DNA of 64,000 nucleotides from a virus. Made by a program: the position numbers and the translations under genes. Below, piece after piece: positions 15,879-25,444 of the stretch; the first letter of the stretch is position 1; every line of letters begins with the position of its first letter. The notes below the pieces were generated by a model. The model was not told where the DNA came from, made no database searches, and saw nothing but the letters and a program-made list of their open reading frames with translations. The DNA lies in the IMG/VR virus record IMGVR_UViG_3300023313_000004, positions 1-64,000 of that record; one strand, given 5' to 3'.

Positions 15879-16409
15879 TTAAGCCTTGTTCAAGAAGGAT
15901 GTTATATACTGCACCTTCTCCAAAGCCTCTAGGTTAATCTTAGGCATAGGTATTCCGTGCCCTCTTAGGGATAGTCCTATGTGGGCTAAGCCTATCGCAT
16001 CGGCCACGTTATCATTACTGGTCTCAAAGCCAAACCGCTTATACGCCTCCAGTATCATAACATCCTTTTTGCAGTTTCCTTTCCCACTCACAAACTTCTT
16101 CAGTGCGGTGGGGGCAACCTCATACCAGTTTAGATGGTTAACATGCCAATACAAGCGCATAACCGTGCCTAGTTCTACCATAGTGGCAAGGTTAAACTTG
16201 GCATGGAGGGCGTACCCCTCCGTAACTATTATGTCAGGTTTGTACTCCTGTACCCTAGCAAGAATACTCTCTGCTATGTTTGTCGCCCTCTCTATCCCTT
16301 TCATGCCCTTAGGGTAAGCTAATTCTTCTTGCTGTAGTACCTCCCCTTCTTGGGATACTAGGGCTAGCCCTGTTTTTGTGGAGGCATCAACGCCTAGGCA
16401 GGTAATCAT
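15879..16409 (-). CDS. ruvC: RuvC-like Holliday junction resolvase
   Basis: LGVD.S..TG, VTEGY, KKFVSGKG..KK, DNVADAIGLA. Confidence 0.85.
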   Translation of the reverse strand: MITCLGVDASTKTGLALVSQEGEVLQQEELAYPKGMKGIERATNIAESILARVQEYKPDIIVTEGYALHAKFNLATMVELGTVMRLYWHVNHLNWYEVAPTALKKFVSGKGNCKKDVMILEAYKRFGFETSNDNVADAIGLAHIGLSLRGHGIPMPKINLEALEKVQYITSFLNKA

Positions 16410-17341
16410 GCTGGTTCTTCCTCTGGGGTACTCTCTTCTGGTCGCCATTTAAGACCTATAGGGTGATTCCCAGAGAAGCAGGCTGCTGTTACATGGCATT
16501 GGGTAGCCCTTTTGCAGAATGCTACTGAGCATATGCCCTCAGGAATAACCCCCAAGTCCCTAGAGGTTCTGACCGCCCATGCTCGCCTAACAGGTAAGTC
16601 CGTAAGCGTGTCGTCTCTATGGACAATGAACTCCTTAAACGGGCTTATCCTATCATCCCTAAAATCATAGTCCCCCACCTCCGTATCCTTAACTCCATGA
16701 CCTTTAGACCTATAAAGTATTACTGCGGTGTTGGTGTCTATCTTATCCTTATTTGGGTTGTTGCTTTCTGCTATAGAGCGCAAGTATAGGCACGTTCTCT
16801 GCTTATGCTCGGCTAGCGGTGCTTTTAGCCCCCCTTTCTTTTTTGGGTCAGGGTCTTTAAATTTATTTCTATCTATAGTCTTTAGCTCTACAGGGCATAG
16901 TAATGGTCTGCCTACGTCTAGGAATAGGTCTATTCCACAAGACACGCCGCTCTTTTCTGATGTGAACCTTACCTCTCTATACACTAGGCTTCTACTATTA
17001 CACTTAACGCAGGTATGCGGTACTTTTGTGAATAGGTGGAGATGCCCACACTCCTTACACAACCAATCCCCTACGGCTAAGTCTCTTAACCACCTGTCCG
17101 CTACCATAGAGTTATTTTCTTCTCCATGGTCGAATGTGATAGCAAGGGCTGTCCCTATAAACTCATCCTTAGCCTTTACGTTAAGCACATCCATTAGCCG
17201 TACTTCTCTAGGACAGTACTCTGGCTTGGTAACATCAGAGGCATGTATCCTCTTATACCCCCTAGCCTCTCGAAACCCTGATAGCCTTTCGTGGATTAGT
17301 CTCTTTATTGATATTTTCTTTACATGCTTTGTTATTTTCAT
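16406..17341 (-). CDS. Cas4-like PD-(D/E)XK exonuclease
   Basis: HAS...YCPR, GID...ELKT, Q..LY, C-terminal Cys cluster. Confidence 0.75.
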   Translation of the reverse strand: MKITKHVKKISIKRLIHERLSGFREARGYKRIHASDVTKPEYCPREVRLMDVLNVKAKDEFIGTALAITFDHGEENNSMVADRWLRDLAVGDWLCKECGHLHLFTKVPHTCVKCNSRSLVYREVRFTSEKSGVSCGIDLFLDVGRPLLCPVELKTIDRNKFKDPDPKKKGGLKAPLAEHKQRTCLYLRSIAESNNPNKDKIDTNTAVILYRSKGHGVKDTEVGDYDFRDDRISPFKEFIVHRDDTLTDLPVRRAWAVRTSRDLGVIPEGICSVAFCKRATQCHVTAACFSGNHPIGLKWRPEESTPEEEPA

Positions 17342-17361
17342 ACCTGTGCCTCCCAACCTAA

Positions 17362-17709
17362 CTAAGTAGTGAGCTCTCTAAACTCAGACTCCCTCACTAA
17401 CACCCACTTTCCCCCTCTAACTGGGGAGCCTGTAGCGTCAACAAAAGTTACTGATAGTGCTGGCATCTTTTGTTCTGCTAAAGCCTCAGCCTCTATCTTT
17501 AGCAGCCAATCTAATTTTACGCTCATACTCTTGTGTATCGTACTCTTTGCCTCTAGCAAGTAGGTGTTGAGTTCAACGTCCCCCTTGCACCCCTCTAACG
17601 CCCCAGAGGCAGGTCTAGTCCTGCCCCCTAAGCGTTTTGCTACCAACCTCTCGGAGTTAGTGCCGTGGCACCTCTTATTCCTTCTTGCTAGGTACAGGCT
17701 GCTACTCAC
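17362..17709 (-). CDS. Hjc-like PD-(D/E)XK resolvase/nuclease
   Basis: E..VAK.LGG...PASGA...KGDV...LLEAKST. Confidence 0.75.
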   Translation of the reverse strand: MSSSLYLARRNKRCHGTNSERLVAKRLGGRTRPASGALEGCKGDVELNTYLLEAKSTIHKSMSVKLDWLLKIEAEALAEQKMPALSVTFVDATGSPVRGGKWVLVRESEFRELTT

Positions 17710-17962
17710 CTTCAGCTTCTGGTAAGGGTAACAGTAGCCCTCTCTTGTGTAACTCCCAATTAGTAATGGCCTTTACAATCATACTCCTAGTTTTTGATGA
17801 GGGGTACATATACTCCGCTACTTTTTTTGCCTCTTCCCCTGTGCTTTCAATAACATTTGCTTCCACAGCCGCCGCTTTAGTAGGGTATTCTTTCCCTTCT
17901 GAGGTGACATATACATCTCTACTTTCCACACTAATTTCTGGTACTTCATAGTTAATAGTCAT
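17702..17962 (-). CDS. hypothetical protein
   Basis: overlap-coupled ORF in the operon. Confidence 0.6.
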   Translation of the reverse strand: MTINYEVPEISVESRDVYVTSEGKEYPTKAAAVEANVIESTGEEAKKVAEYMYPSSKTRSMIVKAITNWELHKRGLLLPLPEAEGE

Positions 17963-19002
17963 TCTCTTTCTCCTTGTGCTTCTTCTATAGCTCTCGCAAA
18001 AATAGCAGCCTTCACCTTATCTAGGTTTTCTACCGTGCCATACACTGTCTCCATACACTGCTTCTGGGTATCATGCTCTTCCCCAAATAGCTGCCACCCT
18101 TTGCCGCCCTCTACCTTACCTAACCACCCGTACTGCTTTAGGTACGCTTGTATAGCAGGGTAATCATGGCACTGCCCTGCAAGTAGCCCGTTGTGTCCTA
18201 CCATGGCCATTTCAAACTTACAGGTGCCCCCTGTGGTTTGTACTTTTTTCTTCTTAATAATTACACTCGTCTCTTTCCTGCAAGCCAAGTCAGGGTGTAC
18301 ATGCTTCTCTATAATATCCTTACCATAAAACCGTAGGCTTAGGGATGCTGCAAACTTAGGGGCATTCCCGCCGGGAAGGGTCTCAGGGTTCCCAAACATT
18401 ACTCCTATCTTCAGGCGTATCTGGTTTATATATATGACTGTGGGGGCTCTCCCCTCTCTCCTCGCTACGGCAAGACCCTTAATCACTTTCCTAGTTAGTT
18501 TCCCTACTACTAACGCATTTCCTCCTACCACCGCTTTCTCTGCGGAGGAGCTGCCCTCATTTGCGGTCATCATGGCTGCCAGAGAGTCGATAGCTATTAG
18601 CCCCACATCTTCTGCCTCTAGGAATGCGTCTACCATATCCACTACTTCTTCTGCATAATCAGTTTGGATTAGTACCAGCTTTTTAGGGTCTACCCCCAAT
18701 TTAGTTGCCCATACAGGGTCAAAGGCATTCTCCATGTCAACAAAAATACATTTAAGGTGGGGGTGTATCCTCTGGTGACTAGCGATAGCTTTGAGGACAG
18801 TGTTTGTCTTATTGCTCGACTCTGTACCGTACACTATAGATAGCTTTCCTCTGGGGAATCCTCCTCCTGTGATAAGGTCTAGGGAAAAGATGCCTGTAGG
18901 TACACGCTCCAAGTCTATAACCGTGTCCGCCTTAGTTACAGCTGCTTCCCCGTAATCCTTCCGCATAGCTGTCATTAGCTCGTCTACTGTAGGCCCAGCC
19001 AT
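17959..19002 (-). CDS. recA: RecA recombinase
   Basis: PTGIFSLD...GGGFPRG, YGTESSNKT, IDSLAA, INQIR.KIGVMFGNPET.PGG.A.KF.AS. Confidence 0.95.
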   Translation of the reverse strand: MAGPTVDELMTAMRKDYGEAAVTKADTVIDLERVPTGIFSLDLITGGGFPRGKLSIVYGTESSNKTNTVLKAIASHQRIHPHLKCIFVDMENAFDPVWATKLGVDPKKLVLIQTDYAEEVVDMVDAFLEAEDVGLIAIDSLAAMMTANEGSSSAEKAVVGGNALVVGKLTRKVIKGLAVARREGRAPTVIYINQIRLKIGVMFGNPETLPGGNAPKFAASLSLRFYGKDIIEKHVHPDLACRKETSVIIKKKKVQTTGGTCKFEMAMVGHNGLLAGQCHDYPAIQAYLKQYGWLGKVEGGKGWQLFGEEHDTQKQCMETVYGTVENLDKVKAAIFARAIEEAQGERE

Positions 19003-19301
19003 TAAGTAGCCTCTTGGACTTCGTCTAATAGTGCTCCTAGTTTGGTGTCACACCAGTCCTGAGCAAACTCAAATACTCCATCCTGCTCCCCAATAGTGCA
19101 GGGGCAATGGCAACTAACCTGTAGCTTTATATTCTCATAGTTACCTAGGTTTACTGTTTTTGACATAGAGATGCCTACATTCATTACCTGCTCGCTACTT
19201 ACCACCTCCGAGATAATGTGGGTGTCTTGTGTCGTACTATTTGTCCTGCTATCAGAAGTTGACGTACTTCCTGTGCCTAGGTATTTGTCTTTATCTATCA
19301 T
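19002..19301 (-). CDS. hypothetical protein
   Basis: TVNLGNYE motif; coupled ORF. Confidence 0.65.
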   Translation of the reverse strand: MIDKDKYLGTGSTSTSDSRTNSTTQDTHIISEVVSSEQVMNVGISMSKTVNLGNYENIKLQVSCHCPCTIGEQDGVFEFAQDWCDTKLGALLDEVQEAT

Positions 19302-19693
19302 AATTCACTCCATGTTATAAAAGGGTCTGACCCATCTTTAAAGTACCTCTTTAGTAGTTCTACTTGGTGCTCTGTATAGTACCTCTGACTACTAGGAAGG
19401 GTGTGTTTAGGTATGGCATTACTTCTCTCTAAGGGTAGTAGTCCGTGTATCGAGACGGGGCTGTCTAGTACTACCCTTCTGGCGTTATGCCCTACTACCT
19501 CTCGCCCTCCAACAATGAATACCTTTGTCCTGCTCTCTGCCTTGGGTTTTCCAGACCTATACCTATCGCACTGCTTTATTGAGGTGTCTCTGTACACCTT
19601 ATCCTCTTTATATCGCTCTCTACGCTTAGCATTATACTCGTCCTTCTGCTTGTCATACCACGCTTTAAATCGTCCTGCATCCGCATCTGTCAT
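19298..19693 (-). CDS. hypothetical protein, MerR-like C-terminus
   Basis: basic N-terminus; IP.....RYYT..QV.LLK. Confidence 0.55.
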   Translation of the reverse strand: MTDADAGRFKAWYDKQKDEYNAKRRERYKEDKVYRDTSIKQCDRYRSGKPKAESRTKVFIVGGREVVGHNARRVVLDSPVSIHGLLPLERSNAIPKHTLPSSQRYYTEHQVELLKRYFKDGSDPFITWSEL

Positions 19694-20127
19694 CTAGGCC
19701 TCCATTTACTATGCATCTCTCTTAGGGCATCTATCTCCCTCTGCCCCCCTACCCTCCTAGCCGAGAAATAAGACTTTATAAGCCTAAACTGGGAGGGTGT
19801 GTATCTCTTAGCCTGTGTGTCTAAAGTGTGGGGGGGTATCACCTTCTTTTTACACAATGAATAGAATCTGTTAAGGCTTATGCCTAGGGATATGGCTACA
19901 TACCTTACTGGGTATTGGGTTTTACCCCCCCTAACCAACTGCTGAACCGCCTTTTTATGCCCATTCTTTAGTCGGGTGTAGTAGTCAGCAACCGCCGCCT
20001 TTAGGGTGTCCTTCTTTAAGGCATACAGTTCCTTCCGACTATTAAGTATGTGCTCTTTATTTCTCGCATACCATTGCCTGTTGTTTTCCCTAAGCTGTTT
20101 CCTTCTCCGTGCTGATACTTTGGGCAT
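19690..20127 (-). CDS. hypothetical protein, MerR-like HTH
   Basis: VA..LGIS...Y....K.VIP....RYT..Q; resembles 19298..19693. Confidence 0.55.
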   Translation of the reverse strand: MPKVSARRRKQLRENNRQWYARNKEHILNSRKELYALKKDTLKAAVADYYTRLKNGHKKAVQQLVRGGKTQYPVRYVAISLGISLNRFYSLCKKKVIPPHTLDTQAKRYTPSQFRLIKSYFSARRVGGQREIDALREMHSKWRPR

Positions 20128-21908
20128 TAGTACACCTTTCTCTTGATGACCTCTGCCCCCACCTTTCTATACCACCTGAGGCGTTTATTGTAGTACTGCT
20201 CAAAGAGAGAAGAGTCTGGGTCTCTAATATCAAGAACCATTGGTGTTTTTTTGCTAGGATACTCCCGTAATATCCTGCCAATAATCTGCACTACATCTGA
20301 GCGAGGGGTGCATAATACGCAGGTGTCTAACCAAGGAATGTCTGTCGCCATTGAGCACATTTTATAGGTAGCTAGGATAACTGGTGCTTGCTTTGCCTTC
20401 TCCCTAGCCTTCTCACTCATACCCCCAACATAGTAGGCTATATCCTTGTCCTTAATACCTAATGACCTTAATATTGGGTGTAATTTCTCTAGGTGATTCT
20501 CCCTAAGGTCTGAGAATAATATAGTCCTCCTGCCTTTTTTATAGGCAGCAGCGGTAAACTTAGCAATCATATTGTTTCTATCTCTATCCGCCCCCAATAA
20601 CTTATTAACATGCATAGTTTTTCCTGCGTTAATAGGCATAGGTACTATAACAGTGATAGGCTTATTCGTTTTATTGCACTTGGTAGTCCTCCTTACACGA
20701 GGTAATTTGAAGGAGCTGCATACCGTCATTACCGTGGGGGTAAGCATAAGGGATTCACTTACTACTTTTATCTCCCCGATATGGCTTTTAAATATAACAT
20801 CCTTACCATCTGACCTATAAGGAGTAGCGGATAGACCTAACCTGTATTTAGAGGCGTACATCCCACATGCCTTACTAAAGCTCTCCGCCCCCATCACATG
20901 ACAGTTATGCACTATAAGCCCATTAGCCACAAAATTATGGTTATCTCTTACGCTTATATCGTACACCCTAGTTTCTGTATGTGGTGCTATCTCAACCACC
21001 CTCTCAGGTCTATGCGTCCCCTCAACACTCTCTGGGGTTTTTAGGTTATCCCCTATTAGTAGGTCTTTAGCTTCTACCCACGAGCCGCCTACTAAGAGGA
21101 GCTTATGGTCAGGGGTGCACACTATCGTTACCCCCGATTTAGTGCGGATACATAGGGTTTTTCGCACCCCCTTATCGAAGGCTTTTGTTACAGGCTTATA
21201 CTCTACGCACTTAAGTTCTTCATTATAAGTAAGTACATCTATCTTGGTGTTAGCGGCTACGGCCTTACACAGGGTATCCAGTCTCAGTAATCCTGTGGAG
21301 GTGCGTATCTTGGCTGCCCCTGATATGCACTCATCAAAGATGGTAAGCCCAAACTCCCTCTTTACAGCAGAAGGGTACTTATCTTTGGCTAGGGAGTGTA
21401 CCATCGCTATAACTACTTTCTTACCCTTAATGTCGCACCTATCCTGCTGCATGTACCCTATATCTTTATCTGTCAGACCTAGGAACTTCTTAGCTGCGTC
21501 TCTCCACATACCCATAATATCCTGCTTGGGTACCACCACTAGGGTTTTTAGCCCTAATTTACCTGCTATAAACATCCCCATAAATGTTTTTCCTACGCCA
21601 GTGGCAGCCTGCATAATATGGGACTCATCTTTATTAAATAACTGTATGCTCTCCGTAATTAGACGTACCTGCTCCTCATTCCTAGGTTGCCCTATAGGAG
21701 GCATGGGTAATATTGGGGTACCTGTGACCCTCTTATCCTCTAAGCCCATGGGGTTTCCTTCTCTGGGTACATATATAAACCCGTCCTTCTCCCTGTAGGA
21801 ATGGTACTCCTCGCCATACCTAGAGGTATAGGTGTACTTCGTCTTTAATTTCTGGGTGCTTTTATACACGGAACAGGCACCTGTCCACAAGGGGGTACTA
21901 CTCGCCAT
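20127..21908 (-). CDS. superfamily 2 (DExH, UvsW-like) helicase, intein-containing
   Basis: AATGVGKT, DE|CH, GLSATP, QIIGRILR. Confidence 0.9.
   Translation of the reverse strand: MASSTPLWTGACSVYKSTQKLKTKYTYTSRYGEEYHSYREKDGFIYVPREGNPMGLEDKRVTGTPILPMPPIGQPRNEEQVRLITESIQLFNKDESHIMQAATGVGKTFMGMFIAGKLGLKTLVVVPKQDIMGMWRDAAKKFLGLTDKDIGYMQQDRCDIKGKKVVIAMVHSLAKDKYPSAVKREFGLTIFDECISGAAKIRTSTGLLRLDTLCKAVAANTKIDVLTYNEELKCVEYKPVTKAFDKGVRKTLCIRTKSGVTIVCTPDHKLLLVGGSWVEAKDLLIGDNLKTPESVEGTHRPERVVEIAPHTETRVYDISVRDNHNFVANGLIVHNCHVMGAESFSKACGMYASKYRLGLSATPYRSDGKDVIFKSHIGEIKVVSESLMLTPTVMTVCSSFKLPRVRRTTKCNKTNKPITVIVPMPINAGKTMHVNKLLGADRDRNNMIAKFTAAAYKKGRRTILFSDLRENHLEKLHPILRSLGIKDKDIAYYVGGMSEKAREKAKQAPVILATYKMCSMATDIPWLDTCVLCTPRSDVVQIIGRILREYPSKKTPMVLDIRDPDSSLFEQYYNKRLRWYRKVGAEVIKRKVY
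20904..21329 (-). mobile_element. mini-intein (142 aa) in the helicase Walker B motif
   Basis: CISGAA start, CTPDHK block B, VYDISVRDNHNFVANG.IVHN/C end; inserted in DE|CH. Confidence 0.92.
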
Positions 21909-21944
21909 TATCCTACCTCTCGATTAGTAATATAAGTGTAAATA

Positions 21945-21965
21945 AAGGGGGCAATAGCCCCCCTT
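21945..21965 (-). terminator. intrinsic terminator-like hairpin after ssb
   Basis: AAGGGGGC-aata-GCCCCCTT followed by TTTATTT on the - strand. Confidence 0.55.
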
Positions 21966-21981
21966 ACCATGTGAGTAATGC

Positions 21982-22683
21982 TTATAAATCCTTATTAAAG
22001 TCAGGGATACTTGCATCTGTAGCTGTGCTTATGGCATTAGCAGGAGACGTGCTCATCCCTAGGAGATTACGCATATCCTCTGCCTTGGTGTACACAACTT
22101 CCTCCTCATAATTAAGAGGTTCTGCTTTTTTCCCCCACTTTTCAACCAGCTGGTCTCGGTCTAATTTGGCGGAGAAATCAAATAAGTCTCCGACTGCTGG
22201 TACCTTATCTCCCTCTTGTCGAGATACATCGAAGGTAGCACCTGCAAGACCGCCTCGTTTAGTCGCAAGACGTTGTAGTATTTTTCTAGTGCCTTGCTTC
22301 ATCACAAAGAGTTTAACCGTGTCAGAGTACTCCTTTCCGTCCTTCTTAGACACATAGGTAGAGTGGTCAATAATGGTCATTATGGCTACGCAAGCAGGGT
22401 TATCTCCTGACTCACAGATAGGGCAAGGCTCAACATCCCCTGTACAAGTAAATAGATTGCCCCATTTACCGTTTAGCTTTAAGTTATGTTCATAGAAAAC
22501 AGGTACATCTAGTAACCCATTAGCATCTAGTTCTCCATCCACAAACGTAATTTGTGTTTCCCCACCAGAAGGTAGCCAGAACCTAAAGGCACCGTGCTCT
22601 TTCTCTCTGAGGTCTGCTTTTAACTTCTCTTTCTTCAGTATCTCTTGTGCATCTGCACCTTTCTTTAAAAAACTAACGGCCAT
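21982..22683 (-). CDS. ssb: single-stranded DNA-binding protein (gp32-like)
   Basis: EH...FTC.....CPIC zinc site, acidic C-terminus, own promoter and terminator, in the replication module. Confidence 0.7.
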   Translation of the reverse strand: MAVSFLKKGADAQEILKKEKLKADLREKEHGAFRFWLPSGGETQITFVDGELDANGLLDVPVFYEHNLKLNGKWGNLFTCTGDVEPCPICESGDNPACVAIMTIIDHSTYVSKKDGKEYSDTVKLFVMKQGTRKILQRLATKRGGLAGATFDVSRQEGDKVPAVGDLFDFSAKLDRDQLVEKWGKKAEPLNYEEEVVYTKAEDMRNLLGMSTSPANAISTATDASIPDFNKDL

Positions 22684-22700
22684 ATCATCACTCCTAATTT

Positions 22701-22738
22701 GCTGTACCTAGACAGCTTATTTCTCGTACCTAGACGAG
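22701..22738 (-). promoter_or_regulatory. twin 5'-UTR stem-loops with an identical loop
   Basis: mRNA CTCGT-CTAGGT-ACGAG and GCTGT-CTAGGT-ACAGC. Confidence 0.55.
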
Positions 22739-22745
22739 TTGTGGT

Positions 22746-22774
22746 AGGCTATTCCTGACCTTACCACTTGTCAA
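22746..22774 (-). promoter_or_regulatory. sigma70-type promoter of ssb
   Basis: TTGACA-N17-TAGCCT. Confidence 0.6.
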
Positions 22775-23730
22775 GGGGTATTAAGTTTCAATACATCCCC
22801 TAGCAATTCTTGTAATTCTACTACGGTCATATCTCCTGCATCACTCTTGGGGGTGTACTGGGCAGTGACAGTGTTCCCTAGATACTTCCTCATGTTCTTC
22901 CTAGCAATATCGCCCCCATGCCCCGCGTCAAAGAGAGTTACTATCTCCACCGCGTCAGCTAGGCGTAGGGTTTTCTTCTTACTAAATGAGCATGAAAATC
23001 CTGCCACCACATTTGGGTACACCCTCTTGATGCTCGCTACATCAAATACAGACTCTGTGACTAATAGGGGTTTGTCTAGGGACATAGTGTCCTCTCCATA
23101 CCAGAGGTGTAAATTTGTTTTGCCCTCGTACTGGTACTGGTAGTACCTTAGGGTATTGCTATCTAGGATAGCCCTCCCATTCATACCCACTAATAGACCT
23201 TCTTGGTTCCTGTAGGGAAAGCAGACTCTTTGTTGTTGTTCATCCCACCGCATATCTAAGTCCACAGCTACATCTGGTGTTATCTCCCTAGTAGTTAGGT
23301 AGGCGCAGGCAGACTCGGACTCCAAGACAGGGGGGTAATTGTTTAGCCACCAATCAGGAAAATCCCAGTCTATAGTAGGGACTTTAGAGTACTCCTCATA
23401 ATCAGGGATGCTATCTGCAGATACCATAACCTCGTCCGCTGCCCCTGCACAAACCTCCATAAGTAACTTAATATTCATCGTAGTAGGCTTGCCTGAGTAC
23501 AGTGTTGCGACTTCTATCGCTAAGTCCATTAAATCCCCACTGCTGTTGCAGGAAAAGCAATGGTATCTGCCAGTAGGGTCATCACATTGGATGCCAAAGC
23601 TAGGGTTGCTATCCTTACCACTATCATGCTTAAAGGGGGCAAAGGGGCAGGGTAGGATTACCCACGCCCCCCTTTCTGTATGCCCATTCCCAAGGATGCT
23701 AGCTATATTTAGGGCTGTAGCCCTATGCAC
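22771..23730 (-). CDS. dnaG: DNA primase
   Basis: CPF..H...CFSC zinc finger; TOPRIM VTESVFD...FDA...GD. Confidence 0.85.
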   Translation of the reverse strand: MHRATALNIASILGNGHTERGAWVILPCPFAPFKHDSGKDSNPSFGIQCDDPTGRYHCFSCNSSGDLMDLAIEVATLYSGKPTTMNIKLLMEVCAGAADEVMVSADSIPDYEEYSKVPTIDWDFPDWWLNNYPPVLESESACAYLTTREITPDVAVDLDMRWDEQQQRVCFPYRNQEGLLVGMNGRAILDSNTLRYYQYQYEGKTNLHLWYGEDTMSLDKPLLVTESVFDVASIKRVYPNVVAGFSCSFSKKKTLRLADAVEIVTLFDAGHGGDIARKNMRKYLGNTVTAQYTPKSDAGDMTVVELQELLGDVLKLNTP

Positions 23731-24175
23731 TCTTAACTACTACTTTTCTCGCACCACTCTGGTTGGATTCCAAGACTGTGCCCCTTTGTTCTGGGGTGAG
23801 GTAATCATCCACATCACTTAATTTTATGGAGACCAACTCCATAAATACCTCTTCCCCCAGTAAGTCTCTAATGCGGTGCATATCCTTCACTGACCTAGAG
23901 GTGGCTTTAGCCCCTACAGTAACAACACTTGTCCCGTCATTATACACTTGGGACTCCTCCGCATCATGGGCAGTATCAAAAGCCGATATGAGGGCTTTTT
24001 TTGTTGAGGCCTCTAATTTCTTGGCTGACAGGTACTCAGGACTAGCGTTTAGCTTAGTGAATGTACTTTTAGCTTTGCCAAAGGCTTCAGCTAAGGATGT
24101 AATCTCCTCTTCCGTGGTAGTTGTGGGGGTGATTGTGTCCTGCTTACTTTTTTTCTTTAAAATGTTTACTGGCAT
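23723..24175 (-). CDS. hypothetical protein
   Basis: 150 aa, AGGAGA RBS. Confidence 0.65.
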   Translation of the reverse strand: MPVNILKKKSKQDTITPTTTTEEEITSLAEAFGKAKSTFTKLNASPEYLSAKKLEASTKKALISAFDTAHDAEESQVYNDGTSVVTVGAKATSRSVKDMHRIRDLLGEEVFMELVSIKLSDVDDYLTPEQRGTVLESNQSGARKVVVKSA

Positions 24176-24234
24176 ATTGTGTTTCTCCTTGTCCCCCTTT
24201 AGGTATCTGGGGGGTTTTTTATTAGGTATGTGTA

Positions 24235-24702
24235 TTACTTGTTCCCGCTAGAGCCAAACCCTTCTGCGCCCCTGTTGGACTCAGATAGTTCAGTTGTCTG
24301 TTGTAGGCGCACATTGACTAGAGGTACTAGGAGCATTTGTGCTATCCTATCCCCCTTAGTTATATGATATGGTGTATTTTTCTCCCCCATACCCCCCAAT
24401 TTAGTTAGGAGTACCCCTACTTCCCCTCTATAATCTGAGTCGATAGTTCCAACACCGTTAACTAGCATTATCCCTTGCTTGTATGCCAAGCCTGACCTTG
24501 CGCGTATCTGCAGTTCGTAACCCTCTGGTACCTCTACTGCGAACCCCGTCCTTACCAATGTGCAAACCCCTGCAGGTATATCAGCACTCTCTGCTGCTCT
24601 AATATCCATCCCTGCCGCCCCTACCGTCTCATACTGGGGTGGTACTCCCCCTTCCAGTAAAATAATAGGTAGGTCAATAATATTTCCTGCATAATTTTCC
24701 AT
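24235..24702 (-). CDS. dut: dUTPase (trimeric)
   Basis: AAGMDI, RSGLA, GTIDSDYRGE, GDRIAQ, RGAEGFGSSG. Confidence 0.95.
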   Translation of the reverse strand: MENYAGNIIDLPIILLEGGVPPQYETVGAAGMDIRAAESADIPAGVCTLVRTGFAVEVPEGYELQIRARSGLAYKQGIMLVNGVGTIDSDYRGEVGVLLTKLGGMGEKNTPYHITKGDRIAQMLLVPLVNVRLQQTTELSESNRGAEGFGSSGNK

Positions 24703-24726
24703 AGGATTCCTCGTATGTATCATTAG

Positions 24727-25065
24727 TTAGTATTGCCCCTGCTGCTGTAGATGTGTCATCCACTCAGGGTCTTTATCTTCGTGCTCTTCTTCTGTGCTGG
24801 GAGGGTTGGACATATATTCTAGTAGTTCCACCCTAGTCTCTTCCTCTAGGTCATGGAGAACACCTAAGAAAGGGTTTCCTAGAATGTTATTCTCTGGGGT
24901 GTAGGTGGTCGCCTCTAGCCCCACTGTAACGGCTTCTAGGGTAGTGTCCCCATCTGCATCATCCCACGAGAAGAATACATTTATGGGCTGTTCTTCTACC
25001 CCTACATAAGTACTCGTGAATAGCACCGCGCTAGTTTGACCTAGTATCTGTATCTTTTTTTGCAT
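24727..25065 (-). CDS. hypothetical acidic protein
   Basis: AAGGAGG RBS; TTGACAAGT at 25118 upstream. Confidence 0.6.
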   Translation of the reverse strand: MQKKIQILGQTSAVLFTSTYVGVEEQPINVFFSWDDADGDTTLEAVTVGLEATTYTPENNILGNPFLGVLHDLEEETRVELLEYMSNPPSTEEEHEDKDPEWMTHLQQQGQY

Positions 25066-25444
25066 AATAACCTCCTTGTCTTGGGTGGTAGTCTGACAGA
25101 CCTATCTTAACTTGTCAACATGGGATTATAGGAAGGCATTTATTTGTTTCTTCCTCCACTTTTTAGATTGGTGCTCAAACTTAACTAAGGCTTGTGCTGC
25201 ACCTAGGCACCATTCCCTCCCCCAATGTAACACTGCTTTCGCTTTAGCCTGTACTTTCTTATTCTCTGCTTGTGTGTCAGTACTCATACTGCTTTTCTCT
25301 CCTGTGTATAGACCCTTGCGTTGGTCTGGTTATCAAAAACAGTGCGATACCCTGCTTCTATATCTATGCCTCTCTCTTGTAAGTAAGTAAGTAAGGCTAC
25401 TCGGTCTAGCCCTTCAGCCTTGTGCTCTGGTATTATAACAGTAA

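Noticed and set aside
16406-17341. cas4 as part of a CRISPR-Cas system
   Set aside because: No cas1/cas2 or array; the gene sits in the recombination operon like other solo phage Cas4-like nucleases.
25379-25394. (GTAA)4 microsatellite
   Set aside because: Too short to support a functional claim.
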